Of a stretch of 64,000 nucleotides of DNA, positions 42,041 through 55,987 are shown one piece after another. The stretch lies in NCBI RefSeq assembly GCF_050320075.1, contig NZ_CP190018.1; one strand, 5' to 3'. The DNA comes from Escherichia coli (GTDB lineage Bacteria; Pseudomonadota; Gammaproteobacteria; Enterobacterales; Enterobacteriaceae). Made by a program: the position numbers and the translations under genes. Position 1 is the first letter of the stretch; each line of letters opens with the position of its first letter. The notes below the pieces were generated by a model. It was not told the origin of the DNA. It saw nothing but the letters and a program-made list of their open reading frames with translations, and ran no database searches.

Positions 42041-45000
42041 TTACCCTACCGCTGGTGTCGGATCGTCGCCTTTGTAGTCGCGTTTGACTTCCGTCACCTC
42101 ATCGCCCTTCTCGTTGTGCAGATGCACTTCAAGCTGGTTAAAGGCAATGTTGATATCGTTTTCACGGCACAGCTGATCGATAGTACGGTTCAGCTCATCG
42201 ACAGTACGGCTACGGTCACGCAGTTCACGCACATACAGACGCAGCTCATGATCCAACGTGCTGGCACCAAACGCCGTAAAGAAGACTTCCGGCATTGGTT
42301 CGTGCATCACCCTTGGGTGCTCAGTCGCCGCCTTCAGTAACACTTTACGCACTTTTTCCAGATCGGAGCCATAGGCCACGCCGAGACGGATCACCAGACG
42401 CGTAGTAGTGTCAGTCAACGACCAGTTGATCAGACGCTCGGTAACAAACGCTTTGTTCGGGATGATCACTTCTTTGCGATCGAAATCGGTAATCGTTGTC
42501 GCACGAATACGGATCTTACTTACCGTCCCCGAGAAGCTACCAATGGTTACCGTATCGCCAATGCGCACCGGACGTTCGAACAGAATGATCAAACCGGAGA
42601 CGAAGTTACCGAAGATCTCTTGTAAACCAAAACCAAGACCTACGGATAATGCTGCCGCCAGCCACTGGAGTTTATCCCACGAGACGCCCAGCGATCCGAA
42701 CACCGTCATCGCACCAACGGCAATAATGATGTAGTTAAGGATGGTAGTAATGGCATACGACGCGCCCTGCCGCATGTTCAGGCGCGAGAGCACCAACACT
42801 TCCAACAGACCAGGCAGGTTGCGAATCAACGCCCAGGCTACCATTGAGGCGATAATCGCAAACAACAGACTGCCCATGGTGACGTTTTTCACCACCGCAG
42901 CGCCAGCTTCAGTGCCGTTGTAATGCCAGAGCGTGATGCTGTCCAGATAGCTGAACACGGTGATCAAATCGGACCAAATTGCCCAGAACATGACACCGAA
43001 CAGCGCAAACATCAGCAACATGGTAATACGCAGCGTCTGCTGGTTAACCTGCTCCAGTGCAATGGTGGGTTCTTCCGGCGGTTCAGCACCTTCCGCGCCC
43101 TCTTTCACCAGATTCTGCCGACGCGCCAGCGCACGACGCCAGGCGATACGCCGCGCCGCTACGCTTAAGCCGCGCAATACCGTCTGGTACAGCAGGTTCC
43201 AGATGATCACCAAATAAACGGTTTCAATCCAACGCCCGGAGAGGCGCAGCGTGGTGTAGAAATAACCCGTGGCGGTCAGCACCATCAACGCAATCGGGAT
43301 AATCGACAGCACGGTAATGGTGACCAGTCGCATGGTGTGCGACTCTTTATCACGCCAGCTTTCGCGGCACATCGGCCATACCAGGAAGGCAATCAGCAGC
43401 AGGTTGAAGAAAATCATCGCCTGCCCCAGCACATCATCCATCAGATGCAGCGGGGAAAGTTCTGCCACCACAGACCAGAAATGGATAGGCAGCAATGCGA
43501 GACTGATGCGGACAATTTGCCGACGCCAGTGGCTGGTCTGCTGTTCCGGCATACCAAAGTGACGCACGGCAACGCCGTTTTTCTCCAGTACCTTCCAGCA
43601 CAGGCCAAACACCAGCCAGAAAATCGCCAGTTTTTTACTGAACGACCATAGCAGTTCGCTGATGTTGAGTTGCATGGTCAACAGAATCAGGCCAACCGCG
43701 AGAATAATCAGGCACACCGGCAGCGCACGGATCAGGTCGATAAGGATCGCTTTTGGTGTGTTGAGCTGGCTGTCGTTACGCAGGGAACCCACAGCGGAAG
43801 CCAGTTTCTGTTGATACGCTTTCAGCCAGCCCAGACGCCAGTGGATCAGCCCGGCAATCAACAGCAGCGGCAAACCGGCGAGGAAAGCGATAAAAACGGC
43901 AGGCCATGCTTTTTCCCAGTTCACTGTGATTTTCATCGACTTAAATTCATCTTTCAGGCTTTGCGGGAACGCTTTGATCCAGTCCCAGTCCATTGGACGG
44001 TTACTGTTCACCCAAAAGATTTGCTGAGTCAGGATGGATTTCAGGTTTTTCGACACACTCATTAACTGCTGCTGGTTGATTTGCAGGTTAATGGCCATCA
44101 TCAGCTGGTTACCCAACTGTTTGTTAAGCTGATCCAGCAATTCGCGACGCATATCAACTACTTGCAATAACGCATCGTGAACTTCGCTGTTGACTTCGTT
44201 GGTGTGACCTTCTTCCAGTTTGTTGACGAACGCATCGCTCTGGAAGAGTGCATCACGCTGCTGGTTAACTTCAAACTGTTCGAGACGCAAATCCGCGATG
44301 CGGTTGGTCATGTTTTCCAGCTCATCCGCCGAGGGCAGCGTTTGTTGTTGCTGGTAAAGGATACGAGACAACAGCAGGCTGCCCTTCAGGACGGCAATCT
44401 GCTCTTTAATATTGCGTTCCGATTGCAGCGCCCGCTCCAGCCAGTTTTTGACTTTAATGTTTTGCTGCATCAACTGATTACCGTTTTCAGTCGCGGTAAT
44501 CAGACGCTGACTTAACTGCTGGTTAATTTCCAGTTCCTGCTTCACCAGCGGATTAGCCTGAATACGCGCGGCTTCATCCGGGGAGACGGCTTCCTGCGCC
44601 GTTTTTTCGGTTAAAGTCAGGCGCTTGCTGTTTACTGCTTCTTGCAACAGCTGCAACTGGTGCTCCAGACGGGCGCTGTTCGCCGTCACGTAATCCCGTT
44701 GCTTTTGCAAGGTATCCTGTAAGACTGTGTTCCCTTCCAGGCTTTTACGCTGCTGGTCAATCTCGGCATTCAGCAAAGCCTGCTGAGCCTGCATTAACAC
44801 TTTCTGGCTGGGACGTAAGGCAGTCTCGCCGACATCAGTCCCATCCAGACGACTGCGAATTTGTTGCAGCTGCTGCGAAGCGTTATACATCGCATTTTGC
44901 ACGCGTTCGGGCTGCGTCTGTAACGAAACCAACTGGCTGTTATAAGACGCCAGATCGTTTTGTGCGTTCTGCAAATCGTCCAGCGCCTGGGCAACGCGAG

Positions 45001-45403
45001 TTTCCAGCTGGCGCAACGAAAGCGTACTCAGAATTTTGCGCGTTTCTTCGTCATTATCGACATCGCTAAGTGCAGTTAACGCCGCGGTCGCCTGGCGCAT
45101 TTTTTCCGGCGCTTCAGCGACTTTTTGCCGTAGCTGAACTGTCTCTTCTTTTACGCGATCGATTTTATCGAGGGTGGCTAATGTATCTGTCAGATCCTGC
45201 TGCACCAGTTTGTCCTGAGCAGAAAGATCTTTTTGTTTATTCAGTGAGTCAAGTTGTGCCTGCAGGTCCGCTTTTGTCGGCAGATCACCATTCGATGACG
45301 CCCGCGCAAACGCCGTGTTCTGGCATAACAAGACAAAAACAAAAGCAATAAATGCTGAAAAAACAAAATGCCGTGATCGTTTGTAATACTGGAACATAGT
45401 CAT
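42041..45403 (-). CDS. mscK: Potassium-dependent mechanosensitive channel MscK (KefA)
   Basis: 1120-aa ORF: signal peptide, long coiled-coil periplasmic region, multiple TM segments and C-terminal MscS-like domain. Confidence 0.95.
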   Translation of the reverse strand: MTMFQYYKRSRHFVFSAFIAFVFVLLCQNTAFARASSNGDLPTKADLQAQLDSLNKQKDLSAQDKLVQQDLTDTLATLDKIDRVKEETVQLRQKVAEAPEKMRQATAALTALSDVDNDEETRKILSTLSLRQLETRVAQALDDLQNAQNDLASYNSQLVSLQTQPERVQNAMYNASQQLQQIRSRLDGTDVGETALRPSQKVLMQAQQALLNAEIDQQRKSLEGNTVLQDTLQKQRDYVTANSARLEHQLQLLQEAVNSKRLTLTEKTAQEAVSPDEAARIQANPLVKQELEINQQLSQRLITATENGNQLMQQNIKVKNWLERALQSERNIKEQIAVLKGSLLLSRILYQQQQTLPSADELENMTNRIADLRLEQFEVNQQRDALFQSDAFVNKLEEGHTNEVNSEVHDALLQVVDMRRELLDQLNKQLGNQLMMAINLQINQQQLMSVSKNLKSILTQQIFWVNSNRPMDWDWIKAFPQSLKDEFKSMKITVNWEKAWPAVFIAFLAGLPLLLIAGLIHWRLGWLKAYQQKLASAVGSLRNDSQLNTPKAILIDLIRALPVCLIILAVGLILLTMQLNISELLWSFSKKLAIFWLVFGLCWKVLEKNGVAVRHFGMPEQQTSHWRRQIVRISLALLPIHFWSVVAELSPLHLMDDVLGQAMIFFNLLLIAFLVWPMCRESWRDKESHTMRLVTITVLSIIPIALMVLTATGYFYTTLRLSGRWIETVYLVIIWNLLYQTVLRGLSVAARRIAWRRALARRQNLVKEGAEGAEPPEEPTIALEQVNQQTLRITMLLMFALFGVMFWAIWSDLITVFSYLDSITLWHYNGTEAGAAVVKNVTMGSLLFAIIASMVAWALIRNLPGLLEVLVLSRLNMRQGASYAITTILNYIIIAVGAMTVFGSLGVSWDKLQWLAAALSVGLGFGLQEIFGNFVSGLIILFERPVRIGDTVTIGSFSGTVSKIRIRATTITDFDRKEVIIPNKAFVTERLINWSLTDTTTRLVIRLGVAYGSDLEKVRKVLLKAATEHPRVMHEPMPEVFFTAFGASTLDHELRLYVRELRDRSRTVDELNRTIDQLCRENDINIAFNQLEVHLHNEKGDEVTEVKRDYKGDDPTPAVG

Positions 45404-45530
45404 GATGAATGAAGGTTTCTGAACCTGAAGAACGACCTGAAAAAGTCAAACCGCAAGAATATCACGACGCAGTGAACCAGAATAGCAACGACGAAAATGT
45501 CCAGGAAAAATCCTGGAGTCAGATTCAGGG

Positions 45531-46178
45531 TTATTCGTTAGTGGCAGGATTACGAAGCGTGGGGCACAGGAGATACATCTCCAGTAAGATGGCGACGTAA
45601 TCGCGGGCTTCTTTTTTAAGATCAAAAGATTGCGGGGCAAAGAGCCAGTTTTCCATCAGGCCGGAAATATAGCCGCGCATAATAATTGCTGCCCGACGCG
45701 TCATTAAATCCGCAGGCAACATTTTCGCTTCAATACAATGTTTTAACGTTTGTTCTATACGGTCATAACTTTCCAGACAGAGATTACGTTGTGCCTGTTG
45801 CACAACAGCCATTTCTCCGACAAATTCGCATTTGTGGAATATAATCTCCATCAATAATCGACGCCGTTCTTCTGTCACCGTGGATTCAAGAACATGAATT
45901 AATATCTCTCTTAATACTGAGAGTGGATCGCCAGGGAATTTTGCCTGATACTCAAGCTCTAGTTCACCAATATTGGATTCTGACAGTTCCCAGATCTCAC
46001 TGAACAAATCCGACTTGTCTTTAAAATGCCAGTAGATTGCACCGCGCGTAACGCCAGCTGCTTTTGCAATCTCACCCAGCGAGGTGGATGATACCCCCTG
46101 CTGTGAGAAAAGACGTAGAGCCACATCGAGGATGTGTTGGCGCGTTTCTTGCGCTTCTTGTTTGGTTTTTCGTGCCAT
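45531..46178 (-). CDS. acrR: TetR-family repressor of acrAB
   Basis: 215-aa ORF with N-terminal TetR HTH ([21 protein letters not shown]); divergent from acrA. Confidence 0.95.
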
Positions 46179-46206
46179 ATGTTCGTGAATTTACAGGCGT
46201 TAGATT

Positions 46207-46230
46207 TACATACATTTGTGAATGTATGTA
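46207..46230. promoter_or_regulatory. AcrR operator (24-bp palindrome) in the acrR-acrA divergent promoter region
   Basis: tacatacatttgtgaatgtatgta, a perfect inverted repeat, sits between the acrR and acrA starts. Confidence 0.8.
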
Positions 46231-46319
46231 CCATAGCACGACGATAATATAAACGCAGCAATGGGTTTATTAACTTTTGACCATTGACCAATTTGAAATC
46301 GGACACTCGAGGTTTACAT

Positions 46320-47513
46320 ATGAACAAAAACAGAGGGTTTACGCCTCTGGCGGTCGTTCTGATGCTCTCAGGCAGCTTAGCCCTAACAGGATGTGACGAC
46401 AAACAGGCCCAACAAGGTGGCCAGCAGATGCCCGCCGTTGGCGTAGTAACAGTCAAAACTGAACCTCTGCAGATCACAACCGAGCTTCCGGGTCGCACCA
46501 GTGCCTACCGGATCGCAGAAGTTCGTCCTCAAGTTAGCGGGATTATCCTGAAGCGTAATTTCAAAGAAGGTAGCGACATCGAAGCAGGTGTCTCTCTCTA
46601 TCAGATTGATCCTGCGACCTATCAGGCGGCATATGACAGCGCGAAAGGCGATCTGGCGAAAGCCCAGGCTGCAGCCAATATCGCGCAATTGACGGTGAAT
46701 CGTTATCAGAAATTGCTCGGTACTCAGTACATCAGTAAGCAAGAGTACGATCAGGCTCTGGCTGATGCGCAACAGGCGAATGCTGCGGTAACTGCGGCGA
46801 AAGCTGCCGTTGAAACTGCGCGGATCAATCTGGCTTACACCAAAGTTACCTCTCCGATTAGCGGTCGCATTGGTAAGTCGAACGTGACGGAAGGCGCATT
46901 GGTACAGAACGGTCAGGCGACTGCGCTGGCAACCGTGCAGCAACTTGATCCGATCTACGTTGATGTGACCCAGTCCAGCAACGACTTCCTGCGCCTGAAA
47001 CAGGAACTGGCGAATGGCACGCTGAAACAAGAGAACGGCAAAGCCAAAGTGTCGCTGATCACCAGTGACGGCATTAAGTTCCCGCAGGACGGTACGCTGG
47101 AATTCTCTGACGTTACCGTTGATCAGACCACCGGGTCTATCACCCTACGCGCTATCTTCCCGAACCCGGATCACACTCTGCTGCCGGGTATGTTCGTGCG
47201 CGCACGTCTGGAAGAAGGGCTTAATCCAAACGCTATTTTAGTCCCGCAACAGGGCGTAACCCGTACGCCGCGTGGCGATGCCACCGTACTGGTGGTTGGC
47301 GCGGATGACAAAGTGGAAACCCGTCCGATCGTTGCAAGCCAGGCTATTGGCGATAAGTGGCTGGTGACAGAAGGTCTGAAAGCAGGCGATCGCGTAGTAA
47401 TAAGTGGGCTGCAGAAAGTGCGTCCTGGTGTCCAGGTAAAAGCACAAGAAGTTACCGCTGATAATAACCAGCAAGCCGCAAGCGGTGCTCAGCCTGAACA
47501 GTCCAAGTCTTAA
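46320..47513 (+). CDS. acrA: RND efflux periplasmic adaptor (membrane fusion protein) AcrA
   Basis: 397-aa product starting MNKNRGFTPLAVVLMLSGSLALTGC (lipoprotein signal with lipobox Cys); internal ATG at 46320. Confidence 0.95.
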   Translation: MNKNRGFTPLAVVLMLSGSLALTGCDDKQAQQGGQQMPAVGVVTVKTEPLQITTELPGRTSAYRIAEVRPQVSGIILKRNFKEGSDIEAGVSLYQIDPATYQAAYDSAKGDLAKAQAAANIAQLTVNRYQKLLGTQYISKQEYDQALADAQQANAAVTAAKAAVETARINLAYTKVTSPISGRIGKSNVTEGALVQNGQATALATVQQLDPIYVDVTQSSNDFLRLKQELANGTLKQENGKAKVSLITSDGIKFPQDGTLEFSDVTVDQTTGSITLRAIFPNPDHTLLPGMFVRARLEEGLNPNAILVPQQGVTRTPRGDATVLVVGADDKVETRPIVASQAIGDKWLVTEGLKAGDRVVISGLQKVRPGVQVKAQEVTADNNQQAASGAQPEQSKS

Positions 47514-47532
47514 CTTAAACAGGAGCCGTTAA

Positions 47533-50685
<3,153 letters not shown>

Positions 50686-50702
50686 TACAACGTGTAATCA
50701 CA

Positions 50703-50727
50703 AAGGCCGCGCAAGCGGCCTTTTTTA
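50703..50727 (+). terminator. Rho-independent terminator after acrB
   Basis: aggccgc-gcaa-gcggcct hairpin followed by TTTTTTA. Confidence 0.6.
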
Positions 50728-51230
50728 TGCATAACCGACGAACATTAAGGAGTCATTGAACCACCAACTCAGGATCTCATACGAAAACCAGTATTAACCT
50801 CGCATAAAATTCATAAAAAATACTGATTGTTAGTTAATTTATATTAAGTAGCGCTAATAAATTTAATAATCCATAATCATTTAGAGGCTATTCTTAATTA
50901 TTTGCGGTAATTCTTTATTCATTCCTCGGTTATTACGTCATATTCAGAGCAATCCTGGTATTAGTGTCACCAATTTCATCTGGCGATAATCCTGAAATGT
51001 TATGAATAGTTCGAGCAGACTGCTTTTACCTACTGCGGGTTAGTGCTAGTATGAAAAAATGAGTCCTGTCCCGATTCCTTCCTAATTGTAATTTTTCGTA
51101 ATAATGCGATGAAAACCTGCAAAGAGTGGCTTATAGTTAAGCTAACAAACGAGAGGGCAAGTCCAGGTCAGTAAGTTTTTTCCATCCCGAAAGGTGTCCG
51201 TTAGTTCAACCACTAAGAAGGGGACGCGTT

Positions 51231-51605
51231 ATGGATGAATACTCACCCAAAAGACATGATATCGCACAGCTTAAGTTTCTCTGTGAAACCCTGTATCATG
51301 ACTGTCTTGCAAACCTTGAAGAAAGCAATCATGGCTGGGTTAACGACCCAACCTCGGCGATCAACCTCCAGTTGAATGAACTGATTGAGCATATTGCGAC
51401 CTTCGCACTTAATTACAAAATTAAGTATAATGAAGACAATAAGCTCATTGAGCAGATCGACGAATATCTGGATGACACCTTTATGTTGTTCAGCAGTTAT
51501 GGTATTAATATGCAGGATCTTCAGAAATGGCGGAAGTCAGGTAATCGACTATTCCGTTGTTTTGTCAATGCGACGAAAGAGAATCCTGCGAGTTTATCTT
51601 GTTAG
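51231..51605 (+). CDS. tomB: Hha toxicity modulator TomB (YbaJ)
   Basis: 124-aa ORF immediately upstream of hha. Confidence 0.9.
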
Positions 51606-51630
51606 AATTATTACAACCATGGGTAGAAGT

Positions 51631-51849
51631 ATGTCCGAAAAACCTTTAACAAAAACCGATTATTTAATGCGTTTACGTCGTTGCCAGACAATTGACACGC
51701 TGGAGCGTGTTATCGAGAAAAATAAATACGAATTATCAGATAATGAACTGGCGGTATTTTACTCAGCCGCAGATCACCGCCTCGCCGAATTGACCATGAA
51801 TAAACTGTACGACAAGATCCCTTCCTCAGTATGGAAATTTATTCGCTAA
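51631..51849 (+). CDS. hha: Haemolysin expression modulator Hha
   Basis: 72-aa product [75 protein letters not shown] at 51631 inside a longer out-of-context ORF. Confidence 0.92.
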
Positions 51850-52020
51850 TAAATAATTCGCTTTCGGAGCTATAACCGGCTGTTTATTAAGAATTTTATA
51901 CTTTTTCGCCATGAAGACGTACCCTATGTGATCTTTATCACACAGATGTAATGGGAACGTTCTCTTCACTGACTTTTCGTCTTACTGTGTTGCCGCATTT
52001 TCAGCAACCGGAGGTCAGTA

Positions 52021-52572
52021 ATGAGCACAGAAAAAGAAAAGATGATTGCTGGTGAGTTGTATCGCTCGGCAGATGAGACGTTATCTCGCGATCGCCTGCG
52101 CGCTCGTCAGCTTATTCACCGATACAATCATTCCCTGGCGGAAGAGCACACATTACGCCAGCAAATTCTCGCTGATTTATTCGGTCAGGTGACAGAGGCT
52201 TATATTGAGCCAACGTTTCGCTGTGATTATGGCTATAACATTTTTCTCGGCAATAATTTTTTCGCCAACTTCGATTGCGTGATGCTTGATGTCTGCCCTA
52301 TTCGCATCGGTGATAACTGTATGTTGGCACCAGGCGTTCATATCTACACGGCAACACATCCCATCGACCCTGTAGCACGTAATAGCGGTGCTGAACTGGG
52401 GAAACCCGTCACCATCGGTAATAACGTCTGGATTGGCGGACGCGCGGTCATTAACCCTGGTGTGACCATTGGTGATAACGTCGTGGTAGCCTCAGGTGCA
52501 GTTGTCACAAAAGATGTCCCGGACAACGTTGTCGTGGGCGGTAATCCAGCCAGAATAATTAAAAAATTGTAA
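52021..52572 (+). CDS. maa: Maltose O-acetyltransferase (hexapeptide-repeat acyltransferase)
   Basis: 183-aa ORF with left-handed beta-helix hexapeptide repeats ([14 protein letters not shown]...[25 protein letters not shown]). Confidence 0.9.
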
Positions 52573-52687
52573 TAGGTTTTTCGCAACTGTTATGCAAAAT
52601 TGTGGTAAATCTGTTACTTTCCCTCTACTATTCCCACGTTAAAATAGGGTGTTCCCTGGAAAGTTGCAGATACCACGAAGGCAAACG

Positions 52688-53158
52688 ATGACCGAAATAC
52701 AACGCCTGCTGACCGAAACAATTGAGTCTCTAAATACCCGCGAAAAACGCGACAACAAACCCCGCTTTAGTATCAGTTTTATCCGTAAACATCCGGGGCT
52801 GTTTATCGGTATGTATGTTGCTTTTTTTGCCACCCTGGCGGTGATGTTGCAGTCCGAAACGCTTTCAGGCTCTGTCTGGCTACTGGTTGTATTATTTATC
52901 CTGCTTAATGGTTTCTTCTTTTTCGATGTCTACCCACGCTACCGCTATGAAGATATCGACGTGCTGGATTTCCGCGTTTGCTATAACGGCGAATGGTACA
53001 ACACGCGCTTTGTACCTGCCGCGCTGGTTGAAGCCATCTTGAACTCTCCGCGTGTCGCGGATGTTCATAAAGAACAACTGCAAAAAATGATCGTCCGTAA
53101 AGGTGAACTGTCTTTTTACGATATTTTTACCCTCGCTCGCGCCGAATCAACATCTTAA
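52688..53158 (+). CDS. ylaC: Inner membrane protein YlaC
   Basis: 156-aa product starting [31 protein letters not shown] at 52688 with GAAGG upstream. Confidence 0.8.
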
Positions 53159-53315
53159 GTTAGGGTTACATACCAGGCGTAAAGCTCTGCGCCTGGTCAA
53201 ATGACAACGTTCGTTTCCACCCATCCCTTCATGAAATCCCGGCTCTACCTCCTTATCTCCTGCAAGCCTTTTTCCACAATCAGATATACTTTCCCTACAC
53301 TGTGTTAATAAGGAT

Positions 53316-54872
53316 ATGGTGGTGAGAACACGACATCTGGTCGGCCTTATTTCGGGAGTACTGATTCTTTCAGTATTGCTGCCTGTCGGCTTAAGCATCT
53401 GGCTGGCCCATCAGCAGGTAGAAACATCATTTATTGAAGAGCTGAATACGTATTCCTCCCGCGTCGCTATTCGGGCCAATAAGGTGGCGACACAAGGGAA
53501 AGATGCGCTGCAAGAGCTGGAAAGATGGCAAGGCGCTGCCTGTAGCGAAGCCCATCTCATGGAAATGCGTCGGGTATCTTACAGTTATCGCTATATTCAG
53601 GAAGTGGTTTATATCGATAACAACGTTCCCCAGTGTTCGTCTCTGGAGCATGAAAGCCCGCCCGATACCTTCCCCGAGCCAGGTAAAATTTCGAAAGATG
53701 GTTATCGTGTCTGGTTAACATCGCATAACGATTTAGGCATTATCCGTTACATGGTTGCCATGGGAACGGCACATTATGTCGTCATGATCGACCCCGCTTC
53801 CTTTATTGATGTCATTCCCTATAGCTCATGGCAAATTGATGCCGCCATTATTGGCAATGCCCATAACGTTGTGATAACCAGCAGCGATGAAATTGCTCAG
53901 GGAATTATTACCAGACTACAAAAAACACCCGGTGAGCATATCGAAAATAATGGAATCATTTACGATATCCTGCCCTTCCCGGAAATGAATATTTCGATCA
54001 TCACCTGGGCTTCAACGAAAATGTTGCAGAAAGGCTGGCATCGGCAAGTCTTTATTTGGTTACCGCTCGGGTTGGTGATTGGCCTGCTGGCAGCGATGTT
54101 TGTGCTGCGTATTTTGCGCCGTATCCAGTCACCGCATCATCGGCTGCAGGATGCTATCGAAAATCGTGATATTTGCGTGCACTATCAGCCGATTGTCTCC
54201 TTAGCCAATGGCAAAATTGTCGGTGCTGAGGCACTGGCGCGCTGGCCGCAGACAGACGGTAGTTGGTTGTCACCAGATAGTTTTATTCCGCTGGCACAGC
54301 AAACGGGCCTTTCTGAGCCATTGACGCTACTGATTATAAGAAGCGTCTTTGAAGATATGGGCGACTGGCTGCGTCAGCATCCGCAGCAGCATATTTCGAT
54401 CAATCTTGAATCCACCGTGCTCACCTCGGAAAAAATCCCGCAATTGCTGCGTGAAATGATCAATCACTATCAGGTTAATCCCAGACAGATCGCGCTTGAA
54501 CTCACTGAACGCGAGTTTGCCGATCCGAAAACCAGCGCCCCGATAATTTCTCGCTACCGGGAGGCGGGCCATGAAATTTATCTTGATGATTTTGGTACGG
54601 GGTATTCAAGTTTAAGTTATTTACAGGATCTGGATGTCGACATTCTGAAGATCGATAAATCTTTCGTTGATGCGCTGGAATATAAAAATGTCACGCCGCA
54701 TATCATCGAAATGGCAAAAACACTGAAACTGAAAATGGTAGCGGAGGGAATCGAAACCAGTAAACAAGAAGAGTGGTTACGCCAGCATGGCGTGCACTAC
54801 GGTCAGGGCTGGCTCTACAGCAAGGCATTACCGAAAGAAGATTTCTTACGCTGGGCCGAGCAACATTTGTGA
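53316..54872 (+). CDS. pdeB: CSS-motif sensor / EAL-domain c-di-GMP phosphodiesterase (YlaB/PdeB)
   Basis: 518-aa ORF: N-terminal TM, periplasmic domain, second TM, then C-terminal EAL domain (EALARW..., DDFGTGYSSL). Confidence 0.85.
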   Translation: MVVRTRHLVGLISGVLILSVLLPVGLSIWLAHQQVETSFIEELNTYSSRVAIRANKVATQGKDALQELERWQGAACSEAHLMEMRRVSYSYRYIQEVVYIDNNVPQCSSLEHESPPDTFPEPGKISKDGYRVWLTSHNDLGIIRYMVAMGTAHYVVMIDPASFIDVIPYSSWQIDAAIIGNAHNVVITSSDEIAQGIITRLQKTPGEHIENNGIIYDILPFPEMNISIITWASTKMLQKGWHRQVFIWLPLGLVIGLLAAMFVLRILRRIQSPHHRLQDAIENRDICVHYQPIVSLANGKIVGAEALARWPQTDGSWLSPDSFIPLAQQTGLSEPLTLLIIRSVFEDMGDWLRQHPQQHISINLESTVLTSEKIPQLLREMINHYQVNPRQIALELTEREFADPKTSAPIISRYREAGHEIYLDDFGTGYSSLSYLQDLDVDILKIDKSFVDALEYKNVTPHIIEMAKTLKLKMVAEGIETSKQEEWLRQHGVHYGQGWLYSKALPKEDFLRWAEQHL

Positions 54873-54913
54873 ATTGTAGGGCTGACGGCACGCCGCACAG
54901 CCCATCACGCTAC

Positions 54914-55267
54914 CTATTCGTCGATGATTGACTCGAATCCGCCATAGATCATTCGCTTACCATCAAACGGCATGGACTCGCCGAACTCTTTCATCCGTGG
55001 GTCCGACATCATCTTTTGATTAGCAGCGTCGCGGACCTCTTTTGAAGGGTATTCAATCCAGCTAAAGACAACCTCTTCATTCTCTTCAGCTTTTACCGCC
55101 ATACGAAAATCGGTCACTTTGCCATCCGGTACATCGCTGGCCCAGCATTCGACAATACGAAGCGCGCCAAACTCTTTAAACAATGGCGCAGCCTTAGCAG
55201 CCATTTCCCGATAGGCATCCTTTTTATCGACAGGAACGGCAACCACAAAACCATCAACATACTTCAT
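54914..55267 (-). CDS. ybaA: DUF1428-family protein YbaA
   Basis: 117-aa ORF starting MKYVDGFVVAVPVDKKDAYREMAAKAAPLFKEFG. Confidence 0.85.
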   Translation of the reverse strand: MKYVDGFVVAVPVDKKDAYREMAAKAAPLFKEFGALRIVECWASDVPDGKVTDFRMAVKAEENEEVVFSWIEYPSKEVRDAANQKMMSDPRMKEFGESMPFDGKRMIYGGFESIIDE

Positions 55268-55377
55268 CAGACATACCTCCGAAGCGTACTGCGCAGCCAG
55301 ACAATTCTTGCGACGTCAGTTGTGGTTAAAGTTTAGCCATATTGGGATTTTTTGACGAAACGGGGGGAGGCAGAAAT

Positions 55378-55492
55378 GGGTGGGGGCCCTGCCAGCTACA
55401 TCCCGGCACACGCGTCATCTGCCTTGGCTGCTTCCTTCCGGACCTGACCTGGTAAACAGAGTAGCGTTGCGGGAGAACCAACAGAGCCCCCA
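55378..55492 (-). ncRNA. ffs: 4.5S RNA (signal recognition particle RNA)
   Basis: Minus strand reads GGGGGCTCTGTTGGTTCTCCCGCAACGCTACTCTGTTTACCAGGTCAGGTCCGGAAGGAAGCAGCCAAGGCAGATGACGCGTGTGCCGGGATGTAGCTGGCAGGGCCCCCACC, matching the 4.5S RNA including the conserved domain IV region; ends are +/- 2 nt. Confidence 0.9.
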
Positions 55493-55567
55493 TTGAGAGC
55501 GTTGAGAACCAACGCGCAGGCGCATTATCACTGCTGCCCCGGCTAATTGCAACCCATTGCGTGCCGG

Positions 55568-55957
55568 ATGCTGGTTTCTTGCGCAATGCGGCTTCACTCG
55601 GGCGTTTTTCCAGATTATGCTGAAAAATTACCTCAGGAAGAAAAGATGGAAAAAGAAGATTCATTTCCCCAACGCGTCTGGCAAATCGTCGCCGCTATTC
55701 CCGAAGGCTATGTCACCACTTACGGTGATGTGGCGAAACTGGCAGGATCGCCCCGCGCCGCGCGCCAGGTGGGCGGTGTGTTAAAGCGTCTCCCCGAAGG
55801 CAGCACCTTACCCTGGCACCGGGTGGTTAATCGCCACGGCACAATTTCGCTAACCGGACCGGATTTACAGCGTCAACGACAGGCATTACTGGCAGAAGGT
55901 GTGATGGTATCGGGAAGCGGGCAAATCGACTTGCAGCGTTATCGCTGGAACTACTAA
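55568..55957 (+). CDS. atl: Alkyltransferase-like DNA base-flipping protein Atl (YbaZ)
   Basis: 129-aa product starting MLVSCAMRLHSGVFPDYAEK, containing PWHRVVN; internal ATG at 55568. Confidence 0.85.
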   Translation: MLVSCAMRLHSGVFPDYAEKLPQEEKMEKEDSFPQRVWQIVAAIPEGYVTTYGDVAKLAGSPRAARQVGGVLKRLPEGSTLPWHRVVNRHGTISLTGPDLQRQRQALLAEGVMVSGSGQIDLQRYRWNY

Positions 55958-55987
55958 CCCTCTCCGGGCGGAGAGGGTTAACTGCGC
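55958..55987. terminator. Hairpin between convergent atl and ybaY (probable bidirectional terminator)
   Basis: aaccctctccg-ggc-ggagagggtt, a perfect 10-bp stem immediately after both stop codons. Confidence 0.5.

Noticed and set aside
45409-45600. A 63-aa plus-strand ORF in the mscK-acrR spacer
   Set aside because: It overlaps the 3' end of acrR on the opposite strand and has no SD or recognisable family; treated as spurious.
53316-54872. Functional link between the EAL phosphodiesterase gene (pdeB/ylaB) and the adhesin locus
   Set aside because: A c-di-GMP link is tempting because LapA-type adhesins are c-di-GMP regulated, but pdeB is 36 kb away in conserved core sequence, in a different transcription unit; proximity does not support a specific link.
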